DNA from: a virus
Reading direction: 5' to 3' (one strand)
Virus record (IMG/VR): IMGVR_UViG_3300013006_001433
Coordinates: 1 to 64,000 of that record
Length of the DNA: 64,000 nt
Of this stretch, positions 27,142 through 37,081 are shown in pieces. Below the pieces are notes generated by a model. The model worked only from the letters and a program-made list of their open reading frames with translations, did not search any database and had not been told where the DNA came from. Within the stretch, counting starts at the first letter, position 1, and each line of letters opens with the position of its first letter. The position numbers were made by a program, and so were the translations under genes.

Positions 27142-27972
27142 ATGAAAATTTTTTTAACTGGAAGTAATGGTTATATAGCTAAAAATATATACGAATACTT
27201 TAAAGATCGATATGTTTTCTTTCTAGCTAACAGAGAATCAGTAGATCTTACAAACATAAATGATTTGAAAAACAAAATAACAAATTTTAAGCCAGATATA
27301 ATTATTCATACAGCAATAGAAGGAGGCAGGAGAAATGAAGCTGATACAGCAGATATGGCTTATAGGAATATATTGATTTTTGAAAATTTAATATCCTTTA
27401 AAGAGCAAGTTAAATTTATTTTTAATATTGGATCTGGAGCAGAATTTGATAGGTCTAGAAATATTTCTTACGCAAATGAAGAGGATATATTTTCTGTATT
27501 ACCAATTGATTATTATGGATTTTCTAAAAATTTAATATCAAGAAAGATAAATATTTTAAATTCAAATATAATAAATTTAAGAATATTTGGCATCTTTAAT
27601 CATAAAGAATTAGTCTCTAGATTTATAAAAACTAATATTTTGAAAATTCACGAAAACGAAGAACCAATTATACATGAAAATAAATATATGGATTATATAT
27701 ACATGGACGATTTTTTAGAAGCATTAAAATATTACTTAAATATTGAAAAACCAAAATACAAAGATATTAATATATGTTACGAAAAAAAATATAAGTTAAC
27801 AGATTTAATTAATTTAATATATATAAATTTTAATAAAAAACAAAGAATAGATCAATATATGGTAAATGGATTAAGTTATACTGGAAATGGATCTAAAATA
27901 AATTCTTTAAATTTGCCATTTAAAGGAATAGAATATGGTATGAAGGAAATGATTAAAAATATTATAAAATGA
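27142..27972 (+). CDS. NAD-dependent epimerase/reductase (extended SDR)
   Basis: TGSNGYIA, GSGAEF, YGFSK. Confidence 0.8.
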   Translation: MKIFLTGSNGYIAKNIYEYFKDRYVFFLANRESVDLTNINDLKNKITNFKPDIIIHTAIEGGRRNEADTADMAYRNILIFENLISFKEQVKFIFNIGSGAEFDRSRNISYANEEDIFSVLPIDYYGFSKNLISRKINILNSNIINLRIFGIFNHKELVSRFIKTNILKIHENEEPIIHENKYMDYIYMDDFLEALKYYLNIEKPKYKDINICYEKKYKLTDLINLIYINFNKKQRIDQYMVNGLSYTGNGSKINSLNLPFKGIEYGMKEMIKNIIK

Positions 27973-28769
27973 AAAATACAGCCTGCTTCTTCTACTCAGA
28001 CTCAGAAAAATATTCAAAATTACTAGAATGCGCAATGAACAGCTTTGAAAAATTTCATCCAGATATACCGATTATTCTATTAACAAGAAAAGACCCAAAT
28101 ATTTATCAAGCAGTAGATAAATTTCAGCAAGCATTAAATATATGTTTGTATAATAATTATGAAAAGGCAATTTTTCTTGGTGCGGATACTATAACATGCT
28201 CAAGGCTTGATGAGTTTCTAGAATCCGAAGAGGACATACTTGCCACGTTAGATTATCCTTATAGATTAGTTACAAAATATGTAGCAACTCCAGATGATCA
28301 AACACATGTCAACGCTGATGTATTATGTATTAATAATTTATCATTTATGTACAAACTTTGTGAGATAACCACGAAATGTCCAACAGAATATTGGGAACAA
28401 GGAGCACTCAATCAAATAATTTGGAATAGAATTAATAATTATTCTTGTAGAATAATAGATGCGCCGTATAATACATCAAAAATTATCTATAATACCAGAG
28501 CAAAAGGAAATATAATTGCGCAATCTGGAGAAAAGCCATGGCATAATTATACCCAGCATTGGAAAGTCTCGGATAATAAACTATACTCGCATGACAATAA
28601 ACAAATTAAAGTTTTTCATTATTGCGAAGGTCTTGGCACACTTAATAATGATAAATTTGAAGAGATAATAAATTACTGGATAGATACAGCTTTTAATAAA
28701 GAAAGCAAAGCATTTTTTGAAGAATATTGTAATTGCGGTGATTTTTTTAAAAAGCAATTCAAAATATGA
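27969..28769 (+). CDS. Glycosyltransferase (GT-A, GT8-like)
   Basis: SFEKFHPDIP, LGADT, NADV, EQGALN. Confidence 0.6.
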   Translation: MKNTACFFYSDSEKYSKLLECAMNSFEKFHPDIPIILLTRKDPNIYQAVDKFQQALNICLYNNYEKAIFLGADTITCSRLDEFLESEEDILATLDYPYRLVTKYVATPDDQTHVNADVLCINNLSFMYKLCEITTKCPTEYWEQGALNQIIWNRINNYSCRIIDAPYNTSKIIYNTRAKGNIIAQSGEKPWHNYTQHWKVSDNKLYSHDNKQIKVFHYCEGLGTLNNDKFEEIINYWIDTAFNKESKAFFEEYCNCGDFFKKQFKI

Positions 28770-29683
28770 AGATTTTAATAACTGGTGGAACAAGCATGGT
28801 CGGGAAACACCTTAAAAAGTATTTACCTAATGCAATTTATTTATCCAGCAAAGATTGCGATTTATTTGATAGCAAAAAAACTAGAGAACTTATATTAGAT
28901 ACAAAACCTAATAAAGTAGTGCATTTAGCCGCGAAAGTTGGCGGAATAATGGACAACATATCTAACCCAGTAGGATTTTTTGAAGATAATATATTTATGA
29001 ATACAAATGTTTTAAAATATTCATATGAAGCAAAAGTAGATCAATTCATTGGTATTCTCAGCACATGCATCTATCCAGATCAAGTTTCAGATAATCTCTA
29101 TCCAATGAAAGAAGATTTATTGCATTTGGGACCACCAACTCCAACTAACTTTTCTTATGGCTACGCTAAAAGATGCTTGGCCGTTCAAATTGATGCTTAT
29201 AATAAACAATTTAATACAAACTACAATTATCTAACGCCTTGCAATTTATATTCAGAGCACGATCATTTTGAAGGAAATAAAGCTCATTTCTTATCTAGCT
29301 TAATTCATAAGATTTATCAGGCTAAAATTAATAATACCAAAGAAATTAATTTAATGGGCTCTGGATCCCCTTTAAGGCAATTTATGTATGCGGATGATTT
29401 AGCCAGAGTAATACATTTATTTATTGAAAATAACATTATTGAAAATTGTAACGTATGCACAGATGAAGTTAAAACTATTAAAGAAATTGCAGAAATAGCC
29501 TTAAAAGCTTGCGATGCTTCGGATATTGATTTGGTATGGGATACTACTAAGCCAGATGGTCAATACAGAAAAGATGCATCTTCAGATAAACTATTAAACA
29601 TTTTTAAAGATTTTAAATTTACTTTTTTAGAGAATGGAATCAAAAACACATATAATCAATATGTGGAAGCTAAACGAGTCTAA
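28766..29683 (+). CDS. GDP-L-fucose/colitose synthase (Fcl/ColC-like)
   Basis: HLAAKVGGI, STCIYP, YGYAKR, PCNLY, GSPLRQF, KPDGQ. Confidence 0.88.
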   Translation: MKILITGGTSMVGKHLKKYLPNAIYLSSKDCDLFDSKKTRELILDTKPNKVVHLAAKVGGIMDNISNPVGFFEDNIFMNTNVLKYSYEAKVDQFIGILSTCIYPDQVSDNLYPMKEDLLHLGPPTPTNFSYGYAKRCLAVQIDAYNKQFNTNYNYLTPCNLYSEHDHFEGNKAHFLSSLIHKIYQAKINNTKEINLMGSGSPLRQFMYADDLARVIHLFIENNIIENCNVCTDEVKTIKEIAEIALKACDASDIDLVWDTTKPDGQYRKDASSDKLLNIFKDFKFTFLENGIKNTYNQYVEAKRV

Positions 29684-30806
29684 CTTTACTTTAAAAGATA
29701 AGTGTAAAATAGCCAAATTCTTCTTTCAAAAGAAAGATATGTGGACTATGGGCGATCAAGTTAAAACATTTGAACGCAAAATGGCGAAATTTGCTAGTTC
29801 AAAATATGCTGTATTTGTAGCGAATGGTTCAGTTGCTAATACTTTAATAGCCATGTATCTAAAAGACAAAGTATATAAACCAAATAAAAATATAATAGTA
29901 TTTCCATCTACAACGTGGGTCACATCGGTTTCGCCATTCATCAGAGAAGGTTTTACCCCAGAATTTATTGATATTAACCTAGATGATTGGTCAATTGACT
30001 TAAACAGCCTAGAAAAATTTTTAAAATCTAAAGCTGAACATGTAGCTTGCATTTTTATCACAAGCCTTCTTGGGTATACTCCAAATATTAATAAAATCAA
30101 AGAATTATCAGAAAAATACAAGGTAAAAGTAATGATGGATAATTGCGAAAATACTTTTGGCGAATTTGAAAATAAAAATGTTAGTTCTTTTTTTACTTCT
30201 ACGACTAGCACTTACTTTGGGCATCAACTGCAAAGCGTTGAAGGTGGTTTTGTTTTTACGGATTGCAAGGATGAATATGAATATTTTTTAATGGCAAGGA
30301 ATCACGGCATGTCAAGAAGCGTGCCAGATCCAAAGCCTTTTCTAAATAAAAATGTAGATTCAAGATTTGATTTTCATTTATTAGGCAATAATTTCAGAAA
30401 CACTAATATTCACGCATTTATTGGGCTTCTAGACTTTGAAAGAATATCATTTTATATAGAAGAAAGAATTAAAATATACAAATACTACGAAAGCAAATAT
30501 CAACACGCAGATTTATTACCTAAATATTTTGATGACAGACTGCATGTACCATTTTGTATACCAATTATTTGCAAAAGCAAAGAAGAAAGAGATAAGGCTT
30601 TAGAGTTTTGCAGATATAATCATATTGAAACAAGACCTATAATTTCTGGCAATTTACTAAAACAAACATGTTTTCAAAAATATGGAGATTATAAAAAATA
30701 TAAAAATAGCGAATTTTTGGATCAATACGCTTTTTACGTTGGCCTTCATAGTAAAGTAAATAAAAATATTTTAGATAAACTGCTAAAATATCTCAATAAT
30801 ATCTAA
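29661..30806 (+). CDS. GDP-4-keto-6-deoxymannose 3-dehydratase (ColD-like, DegT family)
   Basis: TMG, NGSVAN, DNCE, STYFGHQLQSVEGG with His at the PLP-Lys position, RNHG, ETRPIISGN. Confidence 0.75.
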   Translation: MWKLNESNFTLKDKCKIAKFFFQKKDMWTMGDQVKTFERKMAKFASSKYAVFVANGSVANTLIAMYLKDKVYKPNKNIIVFPSTTWVTSVSPFIREGFTPEFIDINLDDWSIDLNSLEKFLKSKAEHVACIFITSLLGYTPNINKIKELSEKYKVKVMMDNCENTFGEFENKNVSSFFTSTTSTYFGHQLQSVEGGFVFTDCKDEYEYFLMARNHGMSRSVPDPKPFLNKNVDSRFDFHLLGNNFRNTNIHAFIGLLDFERISFYIEERIKIYKYYESKYQHADLLPKYFDDRLHVPFCIPIICKSKEERDKALEFCRYNHIETRPIISGNLLKQTCFQKYGDYKKYKNSEFLDQYAFYVGLHSKVNKNILDKLLKYLNNI

Positions 30807-30807
30807 T

Positions 30808-31860
30808 ATGAAGAAAATTATTATAACTGGTGTTAGTGGTCAAGACGGTTCTTATATGGCGGAACATTGTTTAGCTTTGGGGCATAAAGTCTACGGGATA
30901 GTAAGAAGGTCATCTAATCCAAATTATAGTAATTTAATTAATGTAATTAATAATGCTAATTTTAAATTTGTTTATGCAGATTTATCTGATTTTTCATCCA
31001 TTGAAAATGCAATAAGAGAAATAGAACCAGATTATTTTATTAATTTTGCCGCTCAATCTTATGTAGGCGCAAGCTGGGTAATGCCAGAGCAAACATTTGA
31101 TATTACTGCCATGGGTGTTTTAAGATGTCTAGAAGCTATTAGAAAAAATTCTACAAAATGTAAATTCTATAGTGCTGGATCTAGCGAAGAAATGGGAAAT
31201 GTTGAATACAGCCCACAGGATCTTAAGCATCCATTGAAACCAAGATCTCCATATGGAGCAGCAAAAGCAGCTGCTAGACATATAACTAAAGTTTATAGAG
31301 AGTCTTATAATTTATATGCAATTCACTGTATTTTATATAATCATGAAAGCGAAAGACGAGGAGAAGAATTTGTAACTAGAAAAATAACAAAAGGCGTAGC
31401 AAGAATTAATTATGCCTTAAAAAATAAACTACCATTCGAACCAATTGAATTAGGAAATTTAGATTCAAAAAGAGATTGGAGCCATGCTAAAGATTTTGTT
31501 GAAGGAATATGGGAAATGCTTAATCAAGAATCTCCAAAGGAATATATTCTTTCTTCAAATGAAACTCATAGTATCAGAGAATTTGTAGAAAAATCATTTA
31601 AAAATATTGGTATTGATGGACATTGGATTTATATAAATGATGGCAGACCAGAAGACGAAGGATATTATCTAAAAGATAATAATGGCAATCATGTACTATT
31701 GGTTAAAGTTAATCCCAAATTTTATAGGCCAGCAGAAGTCGATCTATTATTAGGAGACTCTTCTTTAGCTAGACAAGAGCTAAATTGGGAGCCTAAAATT
31801 TCATTTGACAATCTAGTAAAAAGAATGGTAGAATGGGACGTTGAAAATTACAAACCATAA
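30808..31860 (+). CDS. gmd: GDP-mannose 4,6-dehydratase
   Basis: ITGVSGQDGSY, AAQSYV, PRSPYGAAK, NHESERRGEEFVTRKI, GNLDSKRDW, RPAEVDLLLGD. Confidence 0.93.
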   Translation: MKKIIITGVSGQDGSYMAEHCLALGHKVYGIVRRSSNPNYSNLINVINNANFKFVYADLSDFSSIENAIREIEPDYFINFAAQSYVGASWVMPEQTFDITAMGVLRCLEAIRKNSTKCKFYSAGSSEEMGNVEYSPQDLKHPLKPRSPYGAAKAAARHITKVYRESYNLYAIHCILYNHESERRGEEFVTRKITKGVARINYALKNKLPFEPIELGNLDSKRDWSHAKDFVEGIWEMLNQESPKEYILSSNETHSIREFVEKSFKNIGIDGHWIYINDGRPEDEGYYLKDNNGNHVLLVKVNPKFYRPAEVDLLLGDSSLARQELNWEPKISFDNLVKRMVEWDVENYKP

Positions 31861-32182
31861 GCTTTGCCAATTTATAATTAAAAAATACATTAAAGAAAAA
31901 GTTAATTGGCCAAGAGAAATTAAAATAGCTCAAAAACTTACTAAAATATATAAAAGTTATTCCTATTGGAATAATTTAAAAGATTTAAAATTACCTAGTC
32001 TAGCTTGGTTCTTAACACAAGAAGGAAAATGCTTTATGGCTACAGAAGCTATAAAAGATAAAGTAGTTATATCTAAACCTCAAAAATACAAATTAGAAGA
32101 AAATAAAATAGGTGAAGATAAAAAAGTTTGCCAAAAGCCCAAAAGCCTGTTAGAATTTATTACATATGGCAAAAAAATCTAA
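31841..32182 (+). CDS. Hypothetical protein
   Basis: 113 aa ORF; TTGACA-N18-TAGAAT with extended TG (31805-31834) lies 6 nt upstream. Confidence 0.55.
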   Translation: MKITNHKLCQFIIKKYIKEKVNWPREIKIAQKLTKIYKSYSYWNNLKDLKLPSLAWFLTQEGKCFMATEAIKDKVVISKPQKYKLEENKIGEDKKVCQKPKSLLEFITYGKKI

Positions 32183-33308
32183 AGAAGAAATTATTGAATC
32201 ATCTGGCCCCAGTGCATCAGATAGGCTATTATCGTTTTTAAAAGACAATAAAGAAGATCATTATAATTTTGAAGATGAGGTATATTATAAGGTATCTACT
32301 GGTAGTTTAAACCTGGATATCGCTACGGGTGGTGGTTTATGCCCAGGTTTGCATAGATTTATCGGAATGAATGAAGGTGGTAAAACTTCAGAAGCACTTG
32401 AAGTTACGAAGAACTTTCTTAAGTCAGTAGAAAGTTCTAGAGCCTTGCTTTTTAAAGCGGAAGGAAGATTAAGCAAAGAGATCAAAGAACGTTCTGGAAT
32501 TAAATTTGTAACTGACCCTAAAGAATGGGTCGATGGAACTTGCTTTGTATTTGAATGCAATATTTTTGAAACCGTTTCGGAATTAATGAAAGATCTTATT
32601 CAATCTAATGATGAAAATAAAAGATACATATTTATTCTTGACTCGGTTGACGGATTAATGACGAAGGGTGATTCTCAAAAAAGCATGACAGAGGCAACAA
32701 AAGTCGCAGGAGGAGCGGTTATCTCATCAATGTTAATGAAGAAAATTTCCCTTGCTCTTTCTAAGCGTGGTCATATGGCTATTTTTATCAGTCAGGTTAG
32801 ATCAGATATTAAACTAGATCCTTATGCTGCAAATAAAGATATTCGTCAAACTACAGCTACTGGTGGAAATGCATTATTACATTTCGCTAATTGGATTCTG
32901 GAATTTGAACCAAAGTTTAATAAAGATCTTATTCTTGAAAAGCCAAATGAAAAATATGACGCAGTAAAGAATAAAATTATTGGACACAATGTTAAGATCG
33001 CAATCAAAAAATCAACTAATGAATCTACAAATTCAAAAGTTCAATATCCAATTAAATATGGCCGAAAAGATGGTTCATCAGTTTGGAAAGAGTACGAAGT
33101 AATTGATCAAATTCTTTCTTGGGAATTTGCATCAGCTAAAGGAGCATGGGTAACATTCTCAGATGAAATCATTGCCGAACTAAAAGAACAAAATTTAGAA
33201 CTTAAAAAACAACACCAAGGTATAGACAATCTAAGATCTTATTTAGAAGAAAATAAACCAATTGTTGATTATTTTTATAATAAATTTATTCAAACTCTTG
33301 CGTCATGA
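32166..33308 (+). CDS. recA: RecA/UvsX-like recombinase
   Basis: STGSLNLDIATGGG, GMNEGGKT, ILDSVD, ISQVR, TGGNALLH. Confidence 0.85.
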   Translation: MAKKSKEEIIESSGPSASDRLLSFLKDNKEDHYNFEDEVYYKVSTGSLNLDIATGGGLCPGLHRFIGMNEGGKTSEALEVTKNFLKSVESSRALLFKAEGRLSKEIKERSGIKFVTDPKEWVDGTCFVFECNIFETVSELMKDLIQSNDENKRYIFILDSVDGLMTKGDSQKSMTEATKVAGGAVISSMLMKKISLALSKRGHMAIFISQVRSDIKLDPYAANKDIRQTTATGGNALLHFANWILEFEPKFNKDLILEKPNEKYDAVKNKIIGHNVKIAIKKSTNESTNSKVQYPIKYGRKDGSSVWKEYEVIDQILSWEFASAKGAWVTFSDEIIAELKEQNLELKKQHQGIDNLRSYLEENKPIVDYFYNKFIQTLAS

Positions 33309-33724
33309 GATTATTAAATGTTAACGGAACTCTCGTTAACAAAAATGTAAGTAAATATCTAGTAAATTGGAATGGAAAATGCAGAAGTAAACTGCAATTT
33401 AAATTCAAACAATTCTTTTATCCTTACTGGAAGAATCACATTGTATATGAAGAGTTTCCAGTTTATGGAAGCATGCTTAAAGTTGATTTATTAAATGCAA
33501 CAAAAAAGATAGCAGTTGAGATACAAGGCGATCAACATGAATCATTTAACAAATTCTTCCATGATAATTCTAGATTTAAATACCTTCAAAGCATTAAAAG
33601 AGATGTTAAAAAAGAAAAATGGCTTGAAATGAATGAATTTAAATTCCTTCAAGTCTACGAATCTGATTTAAAAACTTTATCACCACAATATATAGAAGAA
33701 AAGTGTGGAATTTTAATTATTTAA
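33305..33724 (+). CDS. PD-(D/E)xK endonuclease (DUF559/Vsr-like)
   Basis: EEFPV...VDLL...AVEIQGDQH...RDxxK. Confidence 0.7.
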   Translation: MRLLNVNGTLVNKNVSKYLVNWNGKCRSKLQFKFKQFFYPYWKNHIVYEEFPVYGSMLKVDLLNATKKIAVEIQGDQHESFNKFFHDNSRFKYLQSIKRDVKKEKWLEMNEFKFLQVYESDLKTLSPQYIEEKCGILII

Positions 33725-33736
33725 GTGTAAAATTAG

Positions 33737-34003
33737 TTGGTGACTAATAAGAAAAAATTTAATTTTCCAGACGCTCTTTTAAAACAAATTGACGAATGCA
33801 GTTTTGGCGGATATGTTCTTTTTAATTTCTCAAATAAAGGTGAGCCTCAAGTATTCACAAAGTTTGATAATCAAATAAATGCTATGGCACTTTTATATTA
33901 TTTAAATACTTGGAGTCAAAGCGTAGATCAACTTAACTTAGAAGCCACAACAGATTTAATTGCCAGAAAAAATGACGAAGACGACCAAGAAGACGAAGAT
34001 TAA
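33737..34003 (+). CDS. Hypothetical protein with acidic tail
   Basis: 88 aa ORF; GTGTAA at 33725-33730. Confidence 0.55.
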   Translation: MVTNKKKFNFPDALLKQIDECSFGGYVLFNFSNKGEPQVFTKFDNQINAMALLYYLNTWSQSVDQLNLEATTDLIARKNDEDDQEDED

Positions 34004-34004
34004 C

Positions 34005-34033
34005 TTGACTTTTAATTTTTAATATAGTATCAT
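34005..34033 (+). promoter_or_regulatory. Sigma70-type promoter TTGACT-N17-TATCAT
   Basis: 5-8 nt upstream of the dnaB start. Confidence 0.65.
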
Positions 34034-34041
34034 AACTGTTG

Positions 34042-35526
34042 ATGATTTATTCTATTCAAGTAGAACGACATGTATTAAGTGGCTTAATTAAATATCAAAA
34101 CCTATTTGCAGAAGTAGATATTTTCTTAAATGATACGGACTTCTTTAATGAAGTTCATTCTACTATATATTCTGTTTATAAAAGCATAGCTCATAAAGGC
34201 GAAAAAGTAGATAAAGTACTTTTAGCAGAAAAGATTAAAAATCTTGGTATATCTTTTAAAGACGATATTAACATATTTGACTACATCGAAAACTTGGCGT
34301 TCTCTCAAATCACAGAAGAAGCCACGATGAACGCTTGCAAAGAATTAATGAAATTAAGAATACGTAGAGAGATAATACAAACAGCAGATAAATTAAAATC
34401 TTTTATAACAAAAAATGGTGACGACGCAATCGATAAAATCATAGCCGAAGCAGATTCTATTTATAATAATAAAATTTCATCTTACATCTCAAAGGACGAG
34501 CCAATCAATTTATTTGAAGGAGTCGAGGATATAATTGAAGAATTAGGAAATAATCCCAAAGAAGACTCTGGTTTAATTACTGGTTATCCAGAGTTTAACA
34601 GACTTTATGGTGGTTTAAAAAATGGAAACATTTATGCAATCGTAAGTCGTCCAGGTCAAGGAAAATCTACTTGGATAAATGACATATGTTTTAATATAGC
34701 AAAGAATCCAAAGAACAAAGTAAAAACATTAATTCTAGATACAGAAATGCAGACCTTTGATATTCAATTAAGAATGGTATCCTCTATATCAGATGTACCC
34801 ATGTGGTATCTTGAAACTGGAAATTGGCGTAAAAATGAAGACATGACTAAAAAAGTTAGAGCAGCTTGGGCGCACGTTAAGAATTACGAGCATTATCATT
34901 ATCACGTTGGCAGTAAAAACATTGATCAAATCTGCTCTATGATTCGTAGATGGTATTTGTCTAAAGTAGGCAGAGGAAATCAAGCTCTGATTGCTTATGA
35001 TTACATTAAATTAACTGGAGAAAAGGTTGGGCAGAATTGGGCAGAGCATCAAGCGATTGGAGATAAGATTGATAAGCTTAAAAGAATTTCAGAAGAAATT
35101 AATTGTCCAATCGTGACAGCTATGCAACTCAATAGAACTGGAGAAAACTTTAATAGAAACGCTTCAGCAGTTGTTGATGATAGTTCAGCTATTTCATTGT
35201 CAGATAGACTACAATGGTTCGCTTCATTCGTAGCGATTTTCAGAAGAAAAACATTAGATGAATTAGCTTTGGATGGTCAACAATTTGGAACTCATAAGTT
35301 AATTCCAACTAAGACTAGATTCCAAGGTAGAGAAGCAGCTGGTCATCAAGATTTGGTTAGAAGACTAGATGCTACTGGCAAAGAAACATGGGCGCAAAAT
35401 TATTTAAATTATAATGTACAAAACTTTAAGATTGAAGAACGAGGATCTTTACATGACATCGCCACAAGACAAAGAGAACAGTACCAATTAAATGACCAAA
35501 GCGCAAATGATGGAGAATTATTATGA
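34042..35526 (+). CDS. dnaB: Replicative DNA helicase
   Basis: ERHVLSGL, ITGYPEFN, SRPGQGKS, DTEM, YDYIKL, AMQLNR. Confidence 0.9.
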   Translation: MIYSIQVERHVLSGLIKYQNLFAEVDIFLNDTDFFNEVHSTIYSVYKSIAHKGEKVDKVLLAEKIKNLGISFKDDINIFDYIENLAFSQITEEATMNACKELMKLRIRREIIQTADKLKSFITKNGDDAIDKIIAEADSIYNNKISSYISKDEPINLFEGVEDIIEELGNNPKEDSGLITGYPEFNRLYGGLKNGNIYAIVSRPGQGKSTWINDICFNIAKNPKNKVKTLILDTEMQTFDIQLRMVSSISDVPMWYLETGNWRKNEDMTKKVRAAWAHVKNYEHYHYHVGSKNIDQICSMIRRWYLSKVGRGNQALIAYDYIKLTGEKVGQNWAEHQAIGDKIDKLKRISEEINCPIVTAMQLNRTGENFNRNASAVVDDSSAISLSDRLQWFASFVAIFRRKTLDELALDGQQFGTHKLIPTKTRFQGREAAGHQDLVRRLDATGKETWAQNYLNYNVQNFKIEERGSLHDIATRQREQYQLNDQSANDGELL

Positions 35527-36182
35527 ACGTAAAATTAATATCTATAACTAAACCAGATATTGAAGGACTACAAAATGCAGAAGATTTAGTTGCTTATTGT
35601 GCCAGAGTAAGTAATCCATCCAATCAAATGAATTCAGAAAGTGCTCCAAAATTACTTGGCTTCTTGATTAAACACAAACATTGGAGTCCATTTGAAATGG
35701 TTGATATGACGGTTGAAATTAAAACCAGCAGAGCAATTGCAGCGCAAATCTTAAGACATAGATCATTTAGTTTTCAAGAATTTAGTCAAAGGTATAGTGT
35801 CGCAACAGATTTTGAAGATATTGAATTCAGACTGCAAGGAGATAAAAACCGCCAAGTAGGTGAGAACTTATTAGACCCAACAGATTTAAGATATGCCGAT
35901 TTATATACTTCCGTCCAAGAAGCGATAGAAGCTTCAACTATAGCTTACAACAAAATGATTCAAGGAGGAGTAGCAAAAGAAGTAGCCCGAATGATTCTTC
36001 CATTAACCACAGAGACAACAATGTATATGAAAGGATCTCTTAGAAGCTGGGTTCATTATATTGATTTAAGAACAGAAAAGAATACTCAAAAAGAACACAG
36101 ATTAATCGCAGATGAATGTAAAAGTATTTTTATTAAAAATTTTCCAACTATAAGTGAGGCATTACAATGGAAAGTGGAGTAA
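35523..36182 (+). CDS. thyX: Flavin-dependent thymidylate synthase
   Basis: HWSPFEM, QILRHRSFSFQEFSQRY, EVARMILP, TQKEHR. Confidence 0.95.
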   Translation: MNVKLISITKPDIEGLQNAEDLVAYCARVSNPSNQMNSESAPKLLGFLIKHKHWSPFEMVDMTVEIKTSRAIAAQILRHRSFSFQEFSQRYSVATDFEDIEFRLQGDKNRQVGENLLDPTDLRYADLYTSVQEAIEASTIAYNKMIQGGVAKEVARMILPLTTETTMYMKGSLRSWVHYIDLRTEKNTQKEHRLIADECKSIFIKNFPTISEALQWKVE

Positions 36183-37081
36183 ATATTCACGAAGTGTTAA
36201 CCAACATAGGTTATTCACTTAAAGATTGTGGAAAAGAATACAGAACAAGACCAATCTATAGAGATAGCGATAATGATTCTGTTTTGAGAATTTATAAAGA
36301 TTCTGGAAACTGGGTCGATTTCAAGGAGAACATAAGTGGGGATTTTGCTACTTTAATTAAACTCAGCTTAAAACTGGAAACTCAAGATCAAGCGAAAACA
36401 TGGCTTAAAGAAAAAAACTTTGTTGGAAGTACCGTTCTCAAAGACGAAAAACCAAAGATTAAATCTACAAAAACTTTTGATAAAGATTTACTTTTAAAAT
36501 TAAAAAAAGATCACTCTTATTGGACAAACAGAGGAGTCTCTCAAGAAACTCTAAAGTTGTTTTTGGGTGGAGTAGCGGATAATGGCAAGATGAAAAATAG
36601 ATATGTATTTCCAATTCTTAATAGTAAAAAAGATATTGTAGGATTTTCTGGAAGAGATTTGAACTCTCAAAGCAAAATCAAATGGAAGCATTTGGGAGAA
36701 AAAATCAATTGGTGCTATCCTTTGTTTTTAAACATTGATGATATTCAAAACTCCAAAGAAGTATTCTTAATAGAAAGCATTGGAGATTGTTTATCTTTGT
36801 GGGACGCTGGAATTAAAAATACAATAGTTACTTTCGGATTAGAAGTTAGCGTATCAATTTTGAATGTTTTACTAAAAGTAGATCCTACTAAAATTTATAT
36901 ATCATTCAATAATGATCAAGAAAAAAATAGAGCAGGTAATGTTGCAGCAGAAAAAGCTTATAATAAATTATTAAGATATTTTGATTCGAGACAATTAGAG
37001 ATTAGATTACCATCCAAGAAAGATTTTGGCGAAATGAACGCCGAAGAAATACTACAATGGCAGAAGAAACCAAAAATTTAA
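36167..37081 (+). CDS. DnaG-like primase (TOPRIM), atypical motifs
   Basis: NRYVFPI...VGFSGR, LIESIGD, ISFNND...AG, KDFGEM. Confidence 0.8.
   Translation: MESGVNIHEVLTNIGYSLKDCGKEYRTRPIYRDSDNDSVLRIYKDSGNWVDFKENISGDFATLIKLSLKLETQDQAKTWLKEKNFVGSTVLKDEKPKIKSTKTFDKDLLLKLKKDHSYWTNRGVSQETLKLFLGGVADNGKMKNRYVFPILNSKKDIVGFSGRDLNSQSKIKWKHLGEKINWCYPLFLNIDDIQNSKEVFLIESIGDCLSLWDAGIKNTIVTFGLEVSVSILNVLLKVDPTKIYISFNNDQEKNRAGNVAAEKAYNKLLRYFDSRQLEIRLPSKKDFGEMNAEEILQWQKKPKI

Noticed and set aside
20319-31860. Bacterial O-antigen locus or chimeric contig
   Set aside because: No wzx/wzy/wzm/wzt; same promoter style as the phage genes and continuous overlap into the replication genes
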